Below the pieces are notes generated by a model, which searched no databases, was not told the DNA's origin, and saw nothing but the letters and a program-made list of their open reading frames with translations. Positions 1 to 9,559 of a stretch of DNA of 64,000 nt are shown piece by piece. Each line of letters opens with the position of its first letter. The stretch's first letter is position 1. The translations under genes were made by a program, and so were the position numbers. The stretch comes from Bacillota bacterium (lineage in GTDB: Bacteria > Bacillota > DTU025): contig JBMNJT010000002.1 in the NCBI GenBank assembly GCA_050951805.1, positions 1,120,001-1,184,000 on the forward strand. Direction: 5' to 3'.

Positions 1-2
1 GG

Positions 3-227
3 ACTGGATTCATCACGGATCTGGGGATGTGCGGCCCCGTCAACTCAGTTATCGGAATGGATCCGGATACGGTGATTCCCAAGTTCATAACTGCCATGCC
101 CTCCAAGTTTCAGGTGGGCAAGGGGCCGGTGATTGTGTGCGGGGTCATAGTAGAAATCGATACTTCTACTGGGAAAACGAAGTACGTGCAACGATTCTTG
201 GAGGAACTTGATGATACCATTCGATGA
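3..227 (+). CDS. ymdB: YmdB-family metallophosphoesterase, C-terminal part (5' truncated by window edge)
   Basis: Frame reads TGFITDLGMCGPVNSVIGM..., the typical YmdB C-terminal motif; lies directly upstream of spoVS as in the rny-ymdB-spoVS arrangement. Confidence 0.85.
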   Translation, partial: TGFITDLGMCGPVNSVIGMDPDTVIPKFITAMPSKFQVGKGPVIVCGVIVEIDTSTGKTKYVQRFLEELDDTIR

Positions 228-321
228 AACTTGTGCCAATGATCAGAAGGAGTTTTCCAAGAAAGGGCTAATACATCAGTTAGGAGTAGATGCTGATTTA
301 GCCAACCAGGAGGATAATGTC

Positions 322-582
322 ATGGAAGTCCTAAAGGTTTCTGCCAAGTCAAATCCTAATTCAGTGGCTGGAGCTCTAGCAGGGGTGATACGTGAGCGCG
401 GAGGCGCGGAGGTGCAAGCTATCGGAGCGGGCGCCATTAATCAGGCGGTTAAGGCAGTGGCTATTGCTCGAGGATTCGTAGCACCGAGCGGGCTGGATCT
501 GGTATGCATACCTGCCTTTGTGGACGTGACGATTGATGGTGAAGAACGCACAGCTATCAAGTTTATCGTGCAGCCGCGGTAG
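322..582 (+). CDS. spoVS: Stage V sporulation protein S
   Basis: MEVLKVSAKSNPNSVAGALAG...QAIGAGAINQAVKAVAIARGFVAPSG; AGGAGG RBS before ATG 322 (ORF track start 208 is too early). Confidence 0.95.
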   Translation: MEVLKVSAKSNPNSVAGALAGVIRERGGAEVQAIGAGAINQAVKAVAIARGFVAPSGLDLVCIPAFVDVTIDGEERTAIKFIVQPR

Positions 583-790
583 TCTAGGCTCTTCCTCCGC
601 CAGGGTCGGAACGGCGTGCTTCTTGTTTTTGACGCTATAATACATATTTGTCTATACCTATATCACATGTTGCTCGCGATGGCTATGACGGCCGACCTTG
701 GGTACAGTTTCCTGAAGGAGCATACCTGCTGCAAGGCGAATCCAAGAAGCGCGTTGGGAGGTGGAGTCGTACCGGAAGAAGGGGTCGTAG

Positions 791-1324
791 ATGCAACAAC
801 TGGAAAGGGCCGTGCTCCGACCGCTCGAGGAGCGCGATCTTGACAGGATTGCGGGGTGGGACAGTGACTCTGAGCTCGCACATATGATGGGCGGGGTCCC
901 CATAAGCATTGAGGAATCACGTGGTAGATATCTGAAGATGCTGAACGATCGGAATAGCCTGGTTATGGCCATCGTCGATCATTCAGGCCGGCTTATTGGT
1001 GACATCGAACTCACGGAGATTGCATGGCGAAGCGGCGATGCCGAGCTGAGCATAAAGATTGGGGATCCTGCCTATCGAGACCGAGGTATTGGCGAATGTG
1101 CTGTCAGGGAAATGTTGTTCATCGCCTTCGAACGCCTCGGCCTAAGAAGGGTGTATCTCAGGGTGTGCTCCGACAATCTGCGGGCTGTCAGGTGTTACAA
1201 GAAATGCGGATTTCGCCGCGAGGGAGTCGTGAAAAGGAGACTCGGTCCAGATGACCAAGTCAGGGTTGTTACTCTCATGACGATCCTGAGGTCCGACTTC
1301 ATGAACATGCAAGCCGTGTCTTAG
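791..1324 (+). CDS. GNAT (RimJ/RimL-like) N-acetyltransferase
   Basis: LRPLEERDL N-terminus, acetyl-CoA motif YRDRGIG, N..AVRCYKKCGF..EG C-terminal motif. Confidence 0.85.
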   Translation: MQQLERAVLRPLEERDLDRIAGWDSDSELAHMMGGVPISIEESRGRYLKMLNDRNSLVMAIVDHSGRLIGDIELTEIAWRSGDAELSIKIGDPAYRDRGIGECAVREMLFIAFERLGLRRVYLRVCSDNLRAVRCYKKCGFRREGVVKRRLGPDDQVRVVTLMTILRSDFMNMQAVS

Positions 1325-1350
1325 TATTGTCTTAGTGAAAGAGCGAAATT

Positions 1351-1375
1351 AGAGGGCTTAGGCCCTCTTTTTTTT
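1351..1375 (+). terminator. Rho-independent terminator
   Basis: AGAGGGC-TTAG-GCCCTCT stem-loop followed by a T run. Confidence 0.85.
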
Positions 1376-1454
1376 GTCCCCGAATAACAAAGTTGGCTTA
1401 ATATTTCTACACCCTTGAAGGAGAATGCCTTTCGGCATCGAAATCATATGCCAA

Positions 1455-1480
1455 GTGGAGCAAAGTGGAGTAAAGTGGTG
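1455..1480 (+). promoter_or_regulatory. MraZ-binding repeats (autoregulatory operator)
   Basis: GTGGAG-n4-GTGGAG-n4-GTGGTG, 10-bp period, directly upstream of mraZ; matches the known MraZ box arrangement. Confidence 0.85.
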
Positions 1481-1486
1481 GCCAAC

Positions 1487-1927
1487 ATGTTCATTGGGGA
1501 GCACAGACATTGTCTGGATGATAAGGGGAGGGTGATAATCCCCGCTAAGTTCCGCGAGAAATTGGATGGCCGGTTCATTCTAACTCGCGGATTGGATGTC
1601 TGTCTTTTCGCCTTCACAATGGATGAATGGCGGCTTCAGGAAGAGAAGCTCTCCGCTTTGCCAATGACGATGGCAGATGGGCGCGCCTTCTCGCGGTTGT
1701 TCTTTTCGGGTGCAAGCGAGTGTGAACTGGACAAACAAGGAAGGGCCTTGGTCCCGGCGCATCTGCGGGAATATGCCAGGATCGAGCGGGACATCGTGAT
1801 AATCGGAGTATCTTCTCGATTCGAAATATGGGCGGCAGAAGTCTGGGAGGAATACCTGTCTCGCGTATCCACAGCTTATGAATCAATTGCCGAGAAGCTC
1901 GTTTCATACGGGCCAAATCAGCAATAA
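1487..1927 (+). CDS. mraZ: Division/cell wall cluster transcriptional repressor MraZ
   Basis: MFIGEHRHCLDDKGRVIIP and second DKQGR repeat; first gene of dcw cluster. Confidence 0.95.
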   Translation: MFIGEHRHCLDDKGRVIIPAKFREKLDGRFILTRGLDVCLFAFTMDEWRLQEEKLSALPMTMADGRAFSRLFFSGASECELDKQGRALVPAHLREYARIERDIVIIGVSSRFEIWAAEVWEEYLSRVSTAYESIAEKLVSYGPNQQ

Positions 1928-1939
1928 CGGAGAGGGCAG

Positions 1940-2896
1940 ATGAGCTACACTCACCGACCAGTGATGTTGTCTGAGGTCTTAGAATATCTTGATCCGTCGC
2001 CGGGTGATGTGATATGCGATGCTACCTGTGGTGGTGGAGGCCATTCCCTGGAGATAGCTCGGAAGATAGGCGAATCTGGGGTTCTCATAGGCATAGATCT
2101 CGATCCTCAGGCTTTGAATGCAGCTAGGCAGAACCTGGAGGGCGTCTCCTGTCGCGTGATATTGGCGCGGGGGAATTACGGCGATATGGCCGTCATCTTG
2201 GAGGAGGCTGGCTACCCGAATCCAAATGGGATCCTGTTTGATTTCGGCGTCAGTTCGCATCAGCTCGATACGGCTGAAAGAGGCTTTACATACAGGGCCG
2301 AGGCGCCCTTAGACATGAGAATGGATCCAGACGGCCCGGTGACTGCCGCGGACATACTCAACACGGCATCAGAGGGGGAGCTGGAGAGGATCATCCGAGA
2401 ATATGGCGAGGAGCGATGGGCATCGCGAATCGCAGAATTCATTGTCGAGCGACGCAAGACTGCGCCGCTCCAAACGAGCGGGGACTTAGTCAACCTTATT
2501 TACGCTGCGGTTCCGCGCGGGGCGAGGCGAGATGGGCCACATCCGGCGCGAAGAACGTTTCAGGCTTTGAGGATCGCAGTCAATGACGAACTTGGGTCGG
2601 TAGAACGAGGCATCTTGGCAGCTATAGACAGGGTTCAACCAGGAGGCAGGATAGTGGCCATATCCTATCATTCCCTTGAAGACAGGGTTGTGAAGGAGGC
2701 CTTCAAAAGGGCGGAGCGTCCGTGCACGTGTCCACCGTCATTGCCTGTATGCGTATGCGGCAAGAAGAAGGTATTGGATGTCTTGACCAAAAAACCAATT
2801 GGCCCCACGGATGAAGAGGTCAGAAGCAATCCACGATCGAGAAGCGCCAAGCTGAGAGCAGCAAGGAAAGTTCTAGGCACATTAGGGGGTGAATAG
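1940..2896 (+). CDS. rsmH: 16S rRNA m4C1402 methyltransferase
   Basis: HRPVMLSE, DATCGGGGHS, GVSSHQLD, HPARRTFQALRIAVN, NPRSRSAKLR motifs. Confidence 0.97.
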   Translation: MSYTHRPVMLSEVLEYLDPSPGDVICDATCGGGGHSLEIARKIGESGVLIGIDLDPQALNAARQNLEGVSCRVILARGNYGDMAVILEEAGYPNPNGILFDFGVSSHQLDTAERGFTYRAEAPLDMRMDPDGPVTAADILNTASEGELERIIREYGEERWASRIAEFIVERRKTAPLQTSGDLVNLIYAAVPRGARRDGPHPARRTFQALRIAVNDELGSVERGILAAIDRVQPGGRIVAISYHSLEDRVVKEAFKRAERPCTCPPSLPVCVCGKKKVLDVLTKKPIGPTDEEVRSNPRSRSAKLRAARKVLGTLGGE

Positions 2897-2898
2897 GC

Positions 2899-3417
2899 AT
2901 GGAGTGCACCAACGCAAGACTTGGGGATGCCGGACGCGAATCGGTAAGGCGAAGGAATACGCGGTCTTTCCGGCTTATGGCCGAGTGTGTCATCGTCGCC
3001 GTTCTTGCAATTGTCCTTCTGGTTATGTCGATAGCTCAGAGAGCTGAGATAATGAGGGCATGCGATCGCCGGTCTGATGTTCAGGCCAGGCTGGATTTGC
3101 TTAAGAATGAGTGGGACAGGAAATCGTTGGAGCTGGCTCGGGTTGCCTCGCTGGAAAGAGTGGACGGTATCGCCCGCACGGAGTTGGGCATGGCGAGCCC
3201 TGACAACATGGGAATTGTGGTTGTTGATGCGCGCCCCATGCTTGCGGAGGCGGAAGTGGCGCCAGTGGCAGCTGGAACTCAAGGCCTGTCGGAACCGCCG
3301 ACTGTGCTTGCAGGCGTAGCAACGATAATGCAGCAAATGGCAGTAGCAGCGGTATCGAATCTTATTGCGGGTTGGTTCGCGGCTCCCCCGGCCCAGCTTC
3401 CATCTGTTCTTAGATGA
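2899..3417 (+). CDS. ftsL: Cell division protein FtsL-like
   Basis: Single TM helix, coiled coil, SLERVDGIARTELGM motif; position between rsmH and PBP. Confidence 0.7.
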   Translation: MECTNARLGDAGRESVRRRNTRSFRLMAECVIVAVLAIVLLVMSIAQRAEIMRACDRRSDVQARLDLLKNEWDRKSLELARVASLERVDGIARTELGMASPDNMGIVVVDARPMLAEAEVAPVAAGTQGLSEPPTVLAGVATIMQQMAVAAVSNLIAGWFAAPPAQLPSVLR

Positions 3418-3429
3418 TATAACACTTGG

Positions 3430-5580
3430 ATGGGGGCTTTGCAGGTGCGGTCTCGAACTTCCTCTCGCACTGGATATCGCGCTGACGCGACGTCCGCCAT
3501 CATAAGGAAAAGGATCTACTCGGTCCTCCTTTTGATGGCCGGACTTTTTGTTGTTGTCTTGGGCCGCCTTGTTTGGGTGCAGATAGTGAAAGCTCCATAC
3601 TTCAGAGAACTTGCCCTTGAGCAGAGGATGCGACCGGTTCCGGTGGATCCTAAGAGAGGGACGATGTACGACAGGTGCATGCGGGAGCTGGCGGTTAGCA
3701 TAAGCGCCGATTCCGTGTACGCAATTCCTGCTGAAGTAAGCGAACCAGCCAAAACAGCTAAGGCGCTCGCGCACGTATTGGGTATGGGGGAGGATGCGCT
3801 TCTTGCGAAGCTCACCGCCACCCAACAGACGGTTTGGCTAAAGCGAAAGGTAGATCACGAGGCGGCTATGGAGGTTCGTCGGCTCTCACTGCCCGGAATT
3901 GCCGTGGCAGAAAGCGGGCAGAGGTTCTATCCAAAGGACACGCTTGCCGCTCACGTAATCGGGATCGCCGGGATCGACAACCAGGGCTTGGAAGGGCTGG
4001 AGCAGTATTACGATGCTGAGCTTAGGGGCGTCCGAGGCCAGATAGTGGCCGAAAGAGATGCGACCGGTCGCGAGATTCCCGAAGGCCGCCACTCATACGT
4101 GCCCCCTACTGACGGAAATAGCCTCGTTCTGACTATCGATGAAGTAATACAGTACATATGCGAGCGAGAGCTCGAGATCGCGATAGCGGAGACTGGGTCC
4201 ACGCGTGGGCTCATCCTTGCCATGGATCCGAAAACTGGAGAAATCCTGGCCATGGCGATGAGGCCCACATTCAACCCGAACAGCTATGGAAAGTACCCGA
4301 GCGAGTTCAGGCGTAACTTCATAGTCAGTGATATGTTGGAGCCTGGATCTACGTTCAAGGTTATTACCGCCGCTGCTGCCCTCGAGGAGGGCATCGTTAC
4401 CGCCTCAACCCCATTTTACGATCCGGGATATCTCAAGGTTGAAGACCGGACCATTAGATGCCACAAGCCGGGTGGGCATGGTTCGGAGACATTCATGGAA
4501 GCCCTCGAGAATTCCTGCAACCCCGTCTTCGCCACGCTTGCGTTAAGACTCGGGGTCGAAAAATTCGTCCAGTACGCTCGCGCGTTCGGACTACTCGAGA
4601 AGACGGGAGTAGATTACCCGGGGGAAGCTACAGGGATGATGCACCAGATATCGAAGGTAGGACCGGTGGAACTTGCGACCTACGGGTTCGGCCAGGGCAT
4701 ATCCGTCACGCCATTGCAGCTTCTGAATGCGATGTGTGCCATAGCCAACGGCGGGGCGCTGATGAGACCCATGTTGGTGAGGAAGATAATCGGCGCTGAT
4801 GGGGCTCTGGTTGAGGAGCATGTTCCCACAAAAGTGCGGCAGGTGATATCTTCTTCTACCGCATCAGAGCTTTCGAGGATGCTCCAATCTGTAATCGTCA
4901 ACGGCTCCGGCCAACGCGGGGCTGTGCCAGGTTATGCTGTGGCAGGGAAGACGGGTACTGCGCAAAAGCCCGAGCGTGGACGGTACGGTGACAAGAGGAT
5001 CGCATCGTTTATGGGTTACGGCCCGGCAAGCGACCCCAAGGTCGCAGTGCTTGTCATCCTCGATGAGCCCAGCTCGGATGTGAAATACGGTGGAGTGATT
5101 GCTGCCCCGGTCTTCCGCGCGGTGATGCAGGACATCTTTAGATACATGGAGATTCCGCCTTCATACGCCGTTGGAATGCCCCAGGGCACAGCAGGGTCGG
5201 GCAATAATGTTTTCGTGCCTGACGTGACCGGAAAAAGTCGGGCTGAGGCTGAGGCCGGGCTTAAGGAAGTCGGTCTTCTGTGGAGGCACGAGGGGGTTGG
5301 CGATGTCGTAACGAACCAAGTGCCTAAGGCTGGTTCGCAAGTTGGGGCGGGAACCACGGTCATCGTTTACTTTGGCCATGAGGAACTGTATAATCGTGAA
5401 GACGTTGAGATACAGGTACCGGACGTAATTGGGAAAACTCTAAAGGAGGCGGCCCTTGTTTTGGGCGCCCGTGGCCTTGGCGTGGATCCGTCAGGAAAGG
5501 GCCTGGTAGTTCGACAGACGCCCGCTCCGGGAACGCATGTCAAAAAGGGCGCGACCGTTACGATATTCCTTGAGGAATGA
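3430..5580 (+). CDS. spoVD: Class B penicillin-binding protein (SpoVD/FtsI) with two PASTA domains
   Basis: PKRGTMYDR, EPGSTFK (SxxK), SCN, KTGTAQK; C-terminal VPDV repeats (PASTA). Confidence 0.85.
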   Translation: MGALQVRSRTSSRTGYRADATSAIIRKRIYSVLLLMAGLFVVVLGRLVWVQIVKAPYFRELALEQRMRPVPVDPKRGTMYDRCMRELAVSISADSVYAIPAEVSEPAKTAKALAHVLGMGEDALLAKLTATQQTVWLKRKVDHEAAMEVRRLSLPGIAVAESGQRFYPKDTLAAHVIGIAGIDNQGLEGLEQYYDAELRGVRGQIVAERDATGREIPEGRHSYVPPTDGNSLVLTIDEVIQYICERELEIAIAETGSTRGLILAMDPKTGEILAMAMRPTFNPNSYGKYPSEFRRNFIVSDMLEPGSTFKVITAAAALEEGIVTASTPFYDPGYLKVEDRTIRCHKPGGHGSETFMEALENSCNPVFATLALRLGVEKFVQYARAFGLLEKTGVDYPGEATGMMHQISKVGPVELATYGFGQGISVTPLQLLNAMCAIANGGALMRPMLVRKIIGADGALVEEHVPTKVRQVISSSTASELSRMLQSVIVNGSGQRGAVPGYAVAGKTGTAQKPERGRYGDKRIASFMGYGPASDPKVAVLVILDEPSSDVKYGGVIAAPVFRAVMQDIFRYMEIPPSYAVGMPQGTAGSGNNVFVPDVTGKSRAEAEAGLKEVGLLWRHEGVGDVVTNQVPKAGSQVGAGTTVIVYFGHEELYNREDVEIQVPDVIGKTLKEAALVLGARGLGVDPSGKGLVVRQTPAPGTHVKKGATVTIFLEE

Positions 5581-7175
5581 TGTGTATGCCACATAACAGC
5601 TTGGAAAGTTTGCTGCAAGGTGTTTCGCACGAGCTTTCAGGAGATCCAAGCACCGAGATAACAAGCCTCTCATACGATTCTCGAAAGGTGGACGGACAGG
5701 GGACTCTGTTCGCGGCATTCGTCGGGGCGCGATTCGACGGGCACCGCTTCATCGACGAGGCGGTCAGGAGAGGCGCTTCTGCGGTACTTGTGTCAGAACC
5801 TGTACAGGTGCCTGAGGGCGTGAGTGTTGTCAGAGTAAAGGACACGAGGGCCACTTTGGCAGAAATTGCTAGAGTGTTTTATGGCGATCCGTCGTCCGAA
5901 CTCACAGCGATAGGGGTGACTGGTACCAAGGGCAAGACTACTACCGCCTTCATGATTTCGCACATCCTGAGCGAGTCTGGACGTCCCTCAGGGCTAATAG
6001 GGACAATGGGTTACATGGCCGGCAAGGGTTTGGAGCCCGGGCCTAACACTACTCCCGAGGCTGCCGACGTGCAGGCTATCTTGTATGAAATGGTAAGGGC
6101 GGGAAGGACACATGTGGCCATGGAAGCGTCCTCCCATGGGATAGCTCTTGGAAGGGTTGCGTTGGTCGATTGGGATGTTGGGGTTTTTACCAATATAGGC
6201 CATGATCACCTCGATTTTCACATTACCATCGACAACTACGTGGACGCCAAGGCGTCATTATTTCGCTCCTTGGGGAAGTTTGGAGCACGAGAGGGCAAGC
6301 TGTGGCCGAAGGTGGCTGTGATAAACATCGATGACCCGCATCATTGCGCCATCTTCGACGCTGCACAGGAGGCTGGCGCCGAAATAATCACTTATTCTGC
6401 TTTGGGGAGGGAAGGCCTCCGCGGGTGCCGACATTTGGGCGCTGTTGACGTAGTAACCGGCAGGAAAGGTACACGCTACACGGTCCATTGGCGGGAAAGT
6501 GAAGGACCGTCTTCGAAAATGGAGTCTGTGGGAGTCTGTTCCCCGCTCATAGGGGCATTTAATGTTTCAAATGCGCTTGCCGCCATCGGCGCTGTCCTTG
6601 CAGTGGGGGTGCCCCTTGGGGAGGCTGCTCGCGCGTTGTCAGGTTTTCCGGGTGTTCCCGGAAGGTTCGAAACTGTTGACGAGGGCCAGGATTTTGCGGT
6701 CGTCGTCGATTATGCTCACACCCCCGATTCCCTCGCGAACGTGCTAGCGACCGCCCGTGATATTTCCGATGGAAGGGTCATATGCGTCTTCGGATGTGGC
6801 GGCGACAGGGATCGATCGAAACGTCCGCTGATGGGCGCCATAGCGCAGAGGATGGCTGACTATTCCATAGTAACGTCTGATAACCCCCGCGGTGAAGACC
6901 CGGCAGACATTGTCAGGGAGATTGTCCAGGGGATGTCGGAGCATGAGGCCGGCGTCGAAGGCAAGGCAGGGCTGGAGGGGCGGGGAAAATGGAAGATAAT
7001 CCTCGACCGCGGGGAAGCCATACGCGAAGCAGTGCGGTGTGCCCGCCGTGGCGATGTAGTGCTTATTGCAGGGAAGGGGCATGAGACATACCAGATCTTC
7101 CGGGACGAGACGGTTCATTTTGATGACAGAGAAGAAGCTCGTGCGGCCTTGAGGGAGCTGAGGATGGATGCTTGA
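5577..7175 (+). CDS. murE: UDP-MurNAc-Ala-Glu:diaminopimelate ligase
   Basis: GVTGTKGKTT, MEASSHG, VDYAHTPD, DNPR (mDAP-specific), GKGHE. Confidence 0.95.
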   Translation: MMCMPHNSLESLLQGVSHELSGDPSTEITSLSYDSRKVDGQGTLFAAFVGARFDGHRFIDEAVRRGASAVLVSEPVQVPEGVSVVRVKDTRATLAEIARVFYGDPSSELTAIGVTGTKGKTTTAFMISHILSESGRPSGLIGTMGYMAGKGLEPGPNTTPEAADVQAILYEMVRAGRTHVAMEASSHGIALGRVALVDWDVGVFTNIGHDHLDFHITIDNYVDAKASLFRSLGKFGAREGKLWPKVAVINIDDPHHCAIFDAAQEAGAEIITYSALGREGLRGCRHLGAVDVVTGRKGTRYTVHWRESEGPSSKMESVGVCSPLIGAFNVSNALAAIGAVLAVGVPLGEAARALSGFPGVPGRFETVDEGQDFAVVVDYAHTPDSLANVLATARDISDGRVICVFGCGGDRDRSKRPLMGAIAQRMADYSIVTSDNPRGEDPADIVREIVQGMSEHEAGVEGKAGLEGRGKWKIILDRGEAIREAVRCARRGDVVLIAGKGHETYQIFRDETVHFDDREEARAALRELRMDA

Positions 7176-8574
7176 TTACACGCTCAAAGATGTGGCCTAT
7201 GCCATGGGGGGGCGCCTGGCTCAGGGAGACCCGGATCAGAGGGTGAGCTCGGTCGTGATTGACAGCAGAGTGGCGGCACCGGATGCGCTTTTCTTTGCCT
7301 TACCAGGCGAGCGAGTCGATGGACATGATTTCCTTGTAGACGCAGCTGCTGGCGGATGCTGTGGCGCAGTGGTGTCGAGGGTGCCCGTGCCTGGGCAGGG
7401 TTTGCCAGCTCAATTTGGGCTGATAGTAGTCGACGATGTTCTTGAAGGCCTTGGAGCCTTTGCAGGGCGTCACAGGATGAGCATTGACCCAACTGTTGTG
7501 GGGGTTACGGGCAGCGCTGGGAAGACGACAACGAAGGATATGACGGCCGCAGTGTTGGCGGCGGGATTCAAGGTGATTGCCACCTCGGGCAATAGGAATA
7601 ACGAAATCGGTCTGCCGCTGACGCTGCTGGAAATGATGCCTGAACACCAGATAGCCGTGGTCGAGATGGCGATGCGCGGCCCTGGGGAGATAGCTGCGCT
7701 ATCGAGGATTGCATGCCCAGATGTGGGCATCATAACCAATATCGGTTACGCGCATGTGGGCCTTTTAGGATCGAAGGAGAACATAGCTGCCGCAAAGGCC
7801 GAGCTGATAGAGGCGCTCCCTCCCGATGGGTTTGCGGTTCTCAACGGCGATGATGCTCTTGTCAGGCGTATGGCAGGGTTGGTTTTAGGCCGCGCCTGGC
7901 TCTATGGCTTGTCTGAGGAATGCTCTGTGAGAGCGGAGAGTATCGAACCGGAGGCCGACTCGATCAGTTTCAGCCTTGTTATTGAAGGACATAGAGTGGA
8001 CGGAGTGCGTTTCTCGATTCCGCTTCCCGGCCGCCATAATGTGTATAATGCCCTGGCAGCCCTCACCGTGGGCTGGCGATTGGGACTCAGTCCCGATGTA
8101 ATGGCAACGGGCCTTGCTTCATTCAGCCCTTCCCCGATGAGAATGGAGTTTGCGTCATCTCCTGCCGGCTATACTGTGATAAACGATGCCTACAATGCCA
8201 ATCCTGCATCGGTAAAGTGCGCAATCGATGCCGCGTTGCAATATGCGAGGGGGCGTAGAGTGATTCTGGCCTTTGGTGACATGCTTGAGCTTGGCGAGAC
8301 CAGTGCGGTTGCCCATGAGGATGTGGGCAGGTATGCGGCGCAGGCAGGCGTTGCCGGAATGGTGAGTGTGGGCGAAATGGCTGCTCTTGCAGCTGGGGCT
8401 GCGGCGCGTTCTTCTGTGGAGGCAGAGGCATGTAGCAGTAACTCGGAGGCGTTGCGAGTTCTCGGAAGAATGGCCCGTCCGGGGGACGTCGTATTGGTCA
8501 AGGGGTCAAGGGGCATGCAGATGGAAGAGATTGTGGGCGGCCTTCTGAAGGCTCCAGACAGTGGTGAGGTATGA
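7168..8574 (+). CDS. murF: UDP-MurNAc-tripeptide:D-Ala-D-Ala ligase
   Basis: GVTGSAGKTTTK, NNEIGLP, NDAYNANP, GDMLELG, KGSRG. Confidence 0.95.
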   Translation: MLDYTLKDVAYAMGGRLAQGDPDQRVSSVVIDSRVAAPDALFFALPGERVDGHDFLVDAAAGGCCGAVVSRVPVPGQGLPAQFGLIVVDDVLEGLGAFAGRHRMSIDPTVVGVTGSAGKTTTKDMTAAVLAAGFKVIATSGNRNNEIGLPLTLLEMMPEHQIAVVEMAMRGPGEIAALSRIACPDVGIITNIGYAHVGLLGSKENIAAAKAELIEALPPDGFAVLNGDDALVRRMAGLVLGRAWLYGLSEECSVRAESIEPEADSISFSLVIEGHRVDGVRFSIPLPGRHNVYNALAALTVGWRLGLSPDVMATGLASFSPSPMRMEFASSPAGYTVINDAYNANPASVKCAIDAALQYARGRRVILAFGDMLELGETSAVAHEDVGRYAAQAGVAGMVSVGEMAALAAGAAARSSVEAEACSSNSEALRVLGRMARPGDVVLVKGSRGMQMEEIVGGLLKAPDSGEV

Positions 8575-9539
8575 TGTCGGAAGTTGTGGTTCGCGCATCG
8601 ATAGCGGCAGGGATTGCATTCGCTGTTGCCATGTTGATAGGTCCGATAACCATAAAGAATCTTCGGAAACTAAGAGCGGGTCAAGTTGTTCGGGATGACG
8701 GACCCCAGTCGCACCTGAAAAAGTCGGGCACGCCCAGCATGGGCGGGGTGATTATCATAGTCTCTGTACTTGTGGGTTCAGCAGTGGCTTCGCCCAGTTA
8801 TGCTATGCTGCCATGGGTGCTTTTTGTTACAACGGGCTGTGGGCTTGTGGGTATGCTTGATGATTACATTTCGATCGTCGCTCGTCGTTCTTTGGGCTTG
8901 CGTGCCAGGCAGAAGATCCTGTTTCAGCTGGTGTTCGGGTTGATTTTAGGGGCATGGGCTTATTCGAATCCAGGGATTGGATCTGGCATTATCATCCCGT
9001 TTACTCATGGACACGTGGTTGATCTTGGAATGTGGTATATACCCTTTGTCATGCTAGTTCTGGTTGCCTCGACGAATGCCGTCAACCTGTCGGACGGCCT
9101 CGATGGGCTTGCTGCAGGGACCATGGCAATCGCTTCATTCGCGTATGTCGCTGTATCATCGGCGCTCGGCCACGGAGAAGCAAGTGCCTTCGCAGGCGCT
9201 GTGGGCGGGGCGTGCCTCGGGTTCATCTGGTGGAACGCTTACCCGGCATCTGTTTTCATGGGCGATACCGGATCATTGGCATTAGGCGCTGCGCTCGCTT
9301 CCATGGCGGTGATTACTCGGACGGAGCTCCTCTTGCTCGTGATAGGCGGGATATATGTTGTTGAAGCCATGTCCGATGTCATACAGGTAACCTACTTCAA
9401 GCTCACCGGCGAGCGTGTGTTTCGGATGGCTCCTATCCACCACCATTTCGAGCTGAAGGGAGTGGCGGAACCGAAGATTGTGGTGAGATTCTGGATCGTG
9501 GCTGCGTTTCTTGCGGCTTTAGGATTTGCGGCGCTTTAG
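8571..9539 (+). CDS. mraY: Phospho-MurNAc-pentapeptide transferase
   Basis: KSGTPSMGG, NAVNLSDGLDGLA, FMGDTGS, MAPIHHHFEL. Confidence 0.97.
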   Translation: MMSEVVVRASIAAGIAFAVAMLIGPITIKNLRKLRAGQVVRDDGPQSHLKKSGTPSMGGVIIIVSVLVGSAVASPSYAMLPWVLFVTTGCGLVGMLDDYISIVARRSLGLRARQKILFQLVFGLILGAWAYSNPGIGSGIIIPFTHGHVVDLGMWYIPFVMLVLVASTNAVNLSDGLDGLAAGTMAIASFAYVAVSSALGHGEASAFAGAVGGACLGFIWWNAYPASVFMGDTGSLALGAALASMAVITRTELLLLVIGGIYVVEAMSDVIQVTYFKLTGERVFRMAPIHHHFELKGVAEPKIVVRFWIVAAFLAALGFAAL

Positions 9540-9559
9540 GCGTACGGGGTGATTTTGGC

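Noticed and set aside
583-790. Short overlapping ORFs or a leader RNA before the GNAT gene
   Set aside because: No recognisable protein or riboswitch motif
1455-1480. 10-bp periodic repeats as possible CRISPR or iteron
   Set aside because: Explained by known MraZ-binding boxes
2668-3825. 385-aa minus-strand ORF
   Set aside because: Antisense to rsmH, ftsL and spoVD; composition is not protein-like
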